Positions 61,750 through 64,000 of a DNA stretch of 64,000 nucleotides are shown in pieces. Where the stretch lies: NCBI GenBank assembly GCA_010015585.1, contig ML975149.1, one strand, 5' to 3'. Under the pieces are notes generated by a model, which was given only the letters and a program-made list of their open reading frames with translations, did not search any database and had not been told where the DNA came from. A program made the translations under genes and the position numbers. This stretch comes from Eremomyces bilateralis CBS 781.70. Lineage: Eukaryota. How positions within the stretch are numbered: position 1 is the stretch's first letter; every line of letters begins with the position of its first letter.

Positions 61750-63276
61750 TTAGGAAGAGTTGCTGTTGTCAGCGCAAGAGAATGCTGAACTGATCTTGCC
61801 AGTTTGATACGCGAGTATGATCTGCTGGACGACTCCATATGTGCCACCGACAGTGAGGAATAGGGCACATGTCGCCATCAAAATGTGCATTCCAAATTGC
61901 ATCTTGTGGATAATGGTGCCTTTGCGATAATCGCCGTGATCATAAAGCCAAAGCAGCGGCGGCAAGCCCATTGTCAGGGGCGCAAGGCACAAGCTGCCAG
62001 AAAGACCGACAATATAGTCGAAGATTGGGATGCCCGAGGCGATTAGGAAGCTGATGATGGAGAGCCCCAATGTACAGGCCACCCAAACTCCCCAATGAAC
62101 GAAGGTGCCCCTCTGTAGATGGTCTGTGTTTCGGAGAAACCGAACGAACATGTACTTCGCAGCAACGTGGACGTACAACGACGCACTGATTAAAAGTCCG
62201 AACAAACCGACACCGAAAGCCACCTTTTTCAGAACAGGTCCGGCACTGCCCAGAGACGGCGACGCGACCCATTTGCCACACCACCGATATACGACCAGGC
62301 TAAAAGCCAGGTATGAGGATGCGATGAAGCTCATACATACCGCCAAAGCCTTGTTGAAGTCCTTAGGCCGCTTCATTTCCGAAACGACCGGAAGGAAAGC
62401 CGGTGCCGCTGCGCTGGTGCTGAAGATCGTAGCCGCTGCGGTGATGCCGGCAGCGAAGGTAGGATGTGCGACGGTGTAGTACCCTAACTCAAAGTCTCCC
62501 GTCTCTGGTGCAGCTGCAGGGCGGTCCAGAGTCGTCACTCCAACACTATTGATTCGTTAGGACCAGTGGTCATCTCTCCATATTGCTTGAGCCGTTCACT
62601 TACACAACGATGAAGATCGCAATGAATATAGAGATGAATCCGGCCCAGGTAAGCCATGCAAACTTCTCGAACTTGCGCACACTCGCAAAGGCTGCGATAG
62701 CAATTGTAGCAACGACTGAAAAGTAGTTGGTACAGATGGCATGGTTCGAAAGTGCGTTGAGTGCGACGGACACACCCAAGACTCCGGTGGAAGCGGAGAT
62801 AACGAACGACAGGAGGAAGATAGCCCCGATGATCTCTCTGAAAACTTTACCGCCGATGAGCTGAGCCATGTCTGCAACGCTGTGGCATCCAGGATGACTG
62901 TTTCTAAACCGACCCAGCAAGAATCCACTGTAGGAATTCAATGACACAAATCCTAGGATACAAATGGCACCGGGAGCTGCACCGAGAGTGTACAGGGCAG
63001 CCGGAATGCTCAAGACACCAGTTGCGAAGATTACTGCGAGAAGACGTTAGCACCTATTTCCTTGTAGCGGCAGCATAGGAATCCACTCGACGTCTATCAC
63101 TCACGCTTTATAAATATCATTGCTGTGTGAATCCATGAGACCGTCCGAAAATCGACGACTCCCTCGACCTTCTTGAACACTTCGAAATTGTCTGTAGAGG
63201 CCTCATCTTTGTCGACTCCCTCACGACTTTCCATCATATCAGGCCTCATAACGATGGAATGCTTCTCATCTGACAT
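61750..63276 (-). CDS. Neutral amino-acid permease (Mtr/Aa_trans family; exons 63276-63105, 63033-62604, 62545-61750)
   Basis: VDFRTVSW, FATGVLSIPAA, HSVADMA, FLPVVSEMKRPKDF, VASPSLGSAG, FSCADNS; canonical introns. Confidence 0.92.
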
Positions 63277-64000
63277 ATTGGTAGGAAACAGATGGAAATA
63301 CAAGTAGCAATACTGATAAACGAACCGCTCAGGGCAAGTGGGCCCACCCCATGCGCTTTATACTTCTGGGCCTAATTAACCAGACTAGATGCATGTTGCT
63401 GGGAGGCGCTGTGCCTGGTCGATCCCGATTCCGAGGATAGAGTATTCGAGGGTGGGTGGAGTTTGGAGGCGCTTGGAGGCTCCCTTGGGCCAATTTGGGG
63501 TATGTTGGAGTCGGTTGCTCGGTTTGGAGTAGGTCTGGGGTAGGTCAAGGGTATGATACCGGCAGGAGGGCTCTCTATATTACCGAGCACCGTGATCGCG
63601 GAAATGCGGAGTCCCCACACTCTATGTTCAATCTCGGCGCAAGCGCACCGTTTAGCGCGGACATACTGACAAGTGAGAACTGAGTACTCCGTACTGAACC
63701 CCGTAACTTCGGGGTCCCCACACTCTGTTGACGCAAGCGCGGACATAGATGTACTATGTACGGGGGTCCAAGGTCAGGCCTGGGCTATCTTAGCAGCACT
63801 GACTGGCGCTCACTAATTACCATAGTATGCGAACAACACATCTAGAATACCATATGCCAAACTCCACTCCTGTTGCACCCATACTGCAGCACCGCTACCA
63901 ATGTGACTAGACGCAGATTGAGTCCGGGAGAGGTTCAGCACCAAGATGTACAAATTACAATATGCATATGCCTATGCAATGCTATTTCGAGATCTCGTGA

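Overview
Intron-containing fungal nuclear DNA, most likely a filamentous ascomycete (GT..CTAAC/CTGAC..YAG introns, Zn2Cys6 factor). About 20 protein genes are supported: mitochondrial ribosomal S8 (5'-truncated), three MFS transporters, a short Zn2Cys6 factor, methionine aminopeptidase 1, cornichon/ERV14, aldehyde dehydrogenase, 1-Cys peroxiredoxin, a Ral2/Mds3-like kelch protein, a FAD oxidoreductase, two SDRs, hamartin/TSC1, an NmrA-like protein, an esterase, an amino-acid permease and several hypotheticals. There are two TA-flanked MITE-like elements, an assembly gap at 34444-34678 and a degenerate ~8-copy array at 28.2-32.1 kb. The standout is a minus-strand tRNA-Thr(AGT) gene (40423-40558) with two introns: a canonical 9-nt intron at 37/38 and a 53-nt intron in the anticodon stem with complete spliceosomal signals (GTATGT...CTAAC...CAG). 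All exon boundaries were read by hand and no database searches were run.
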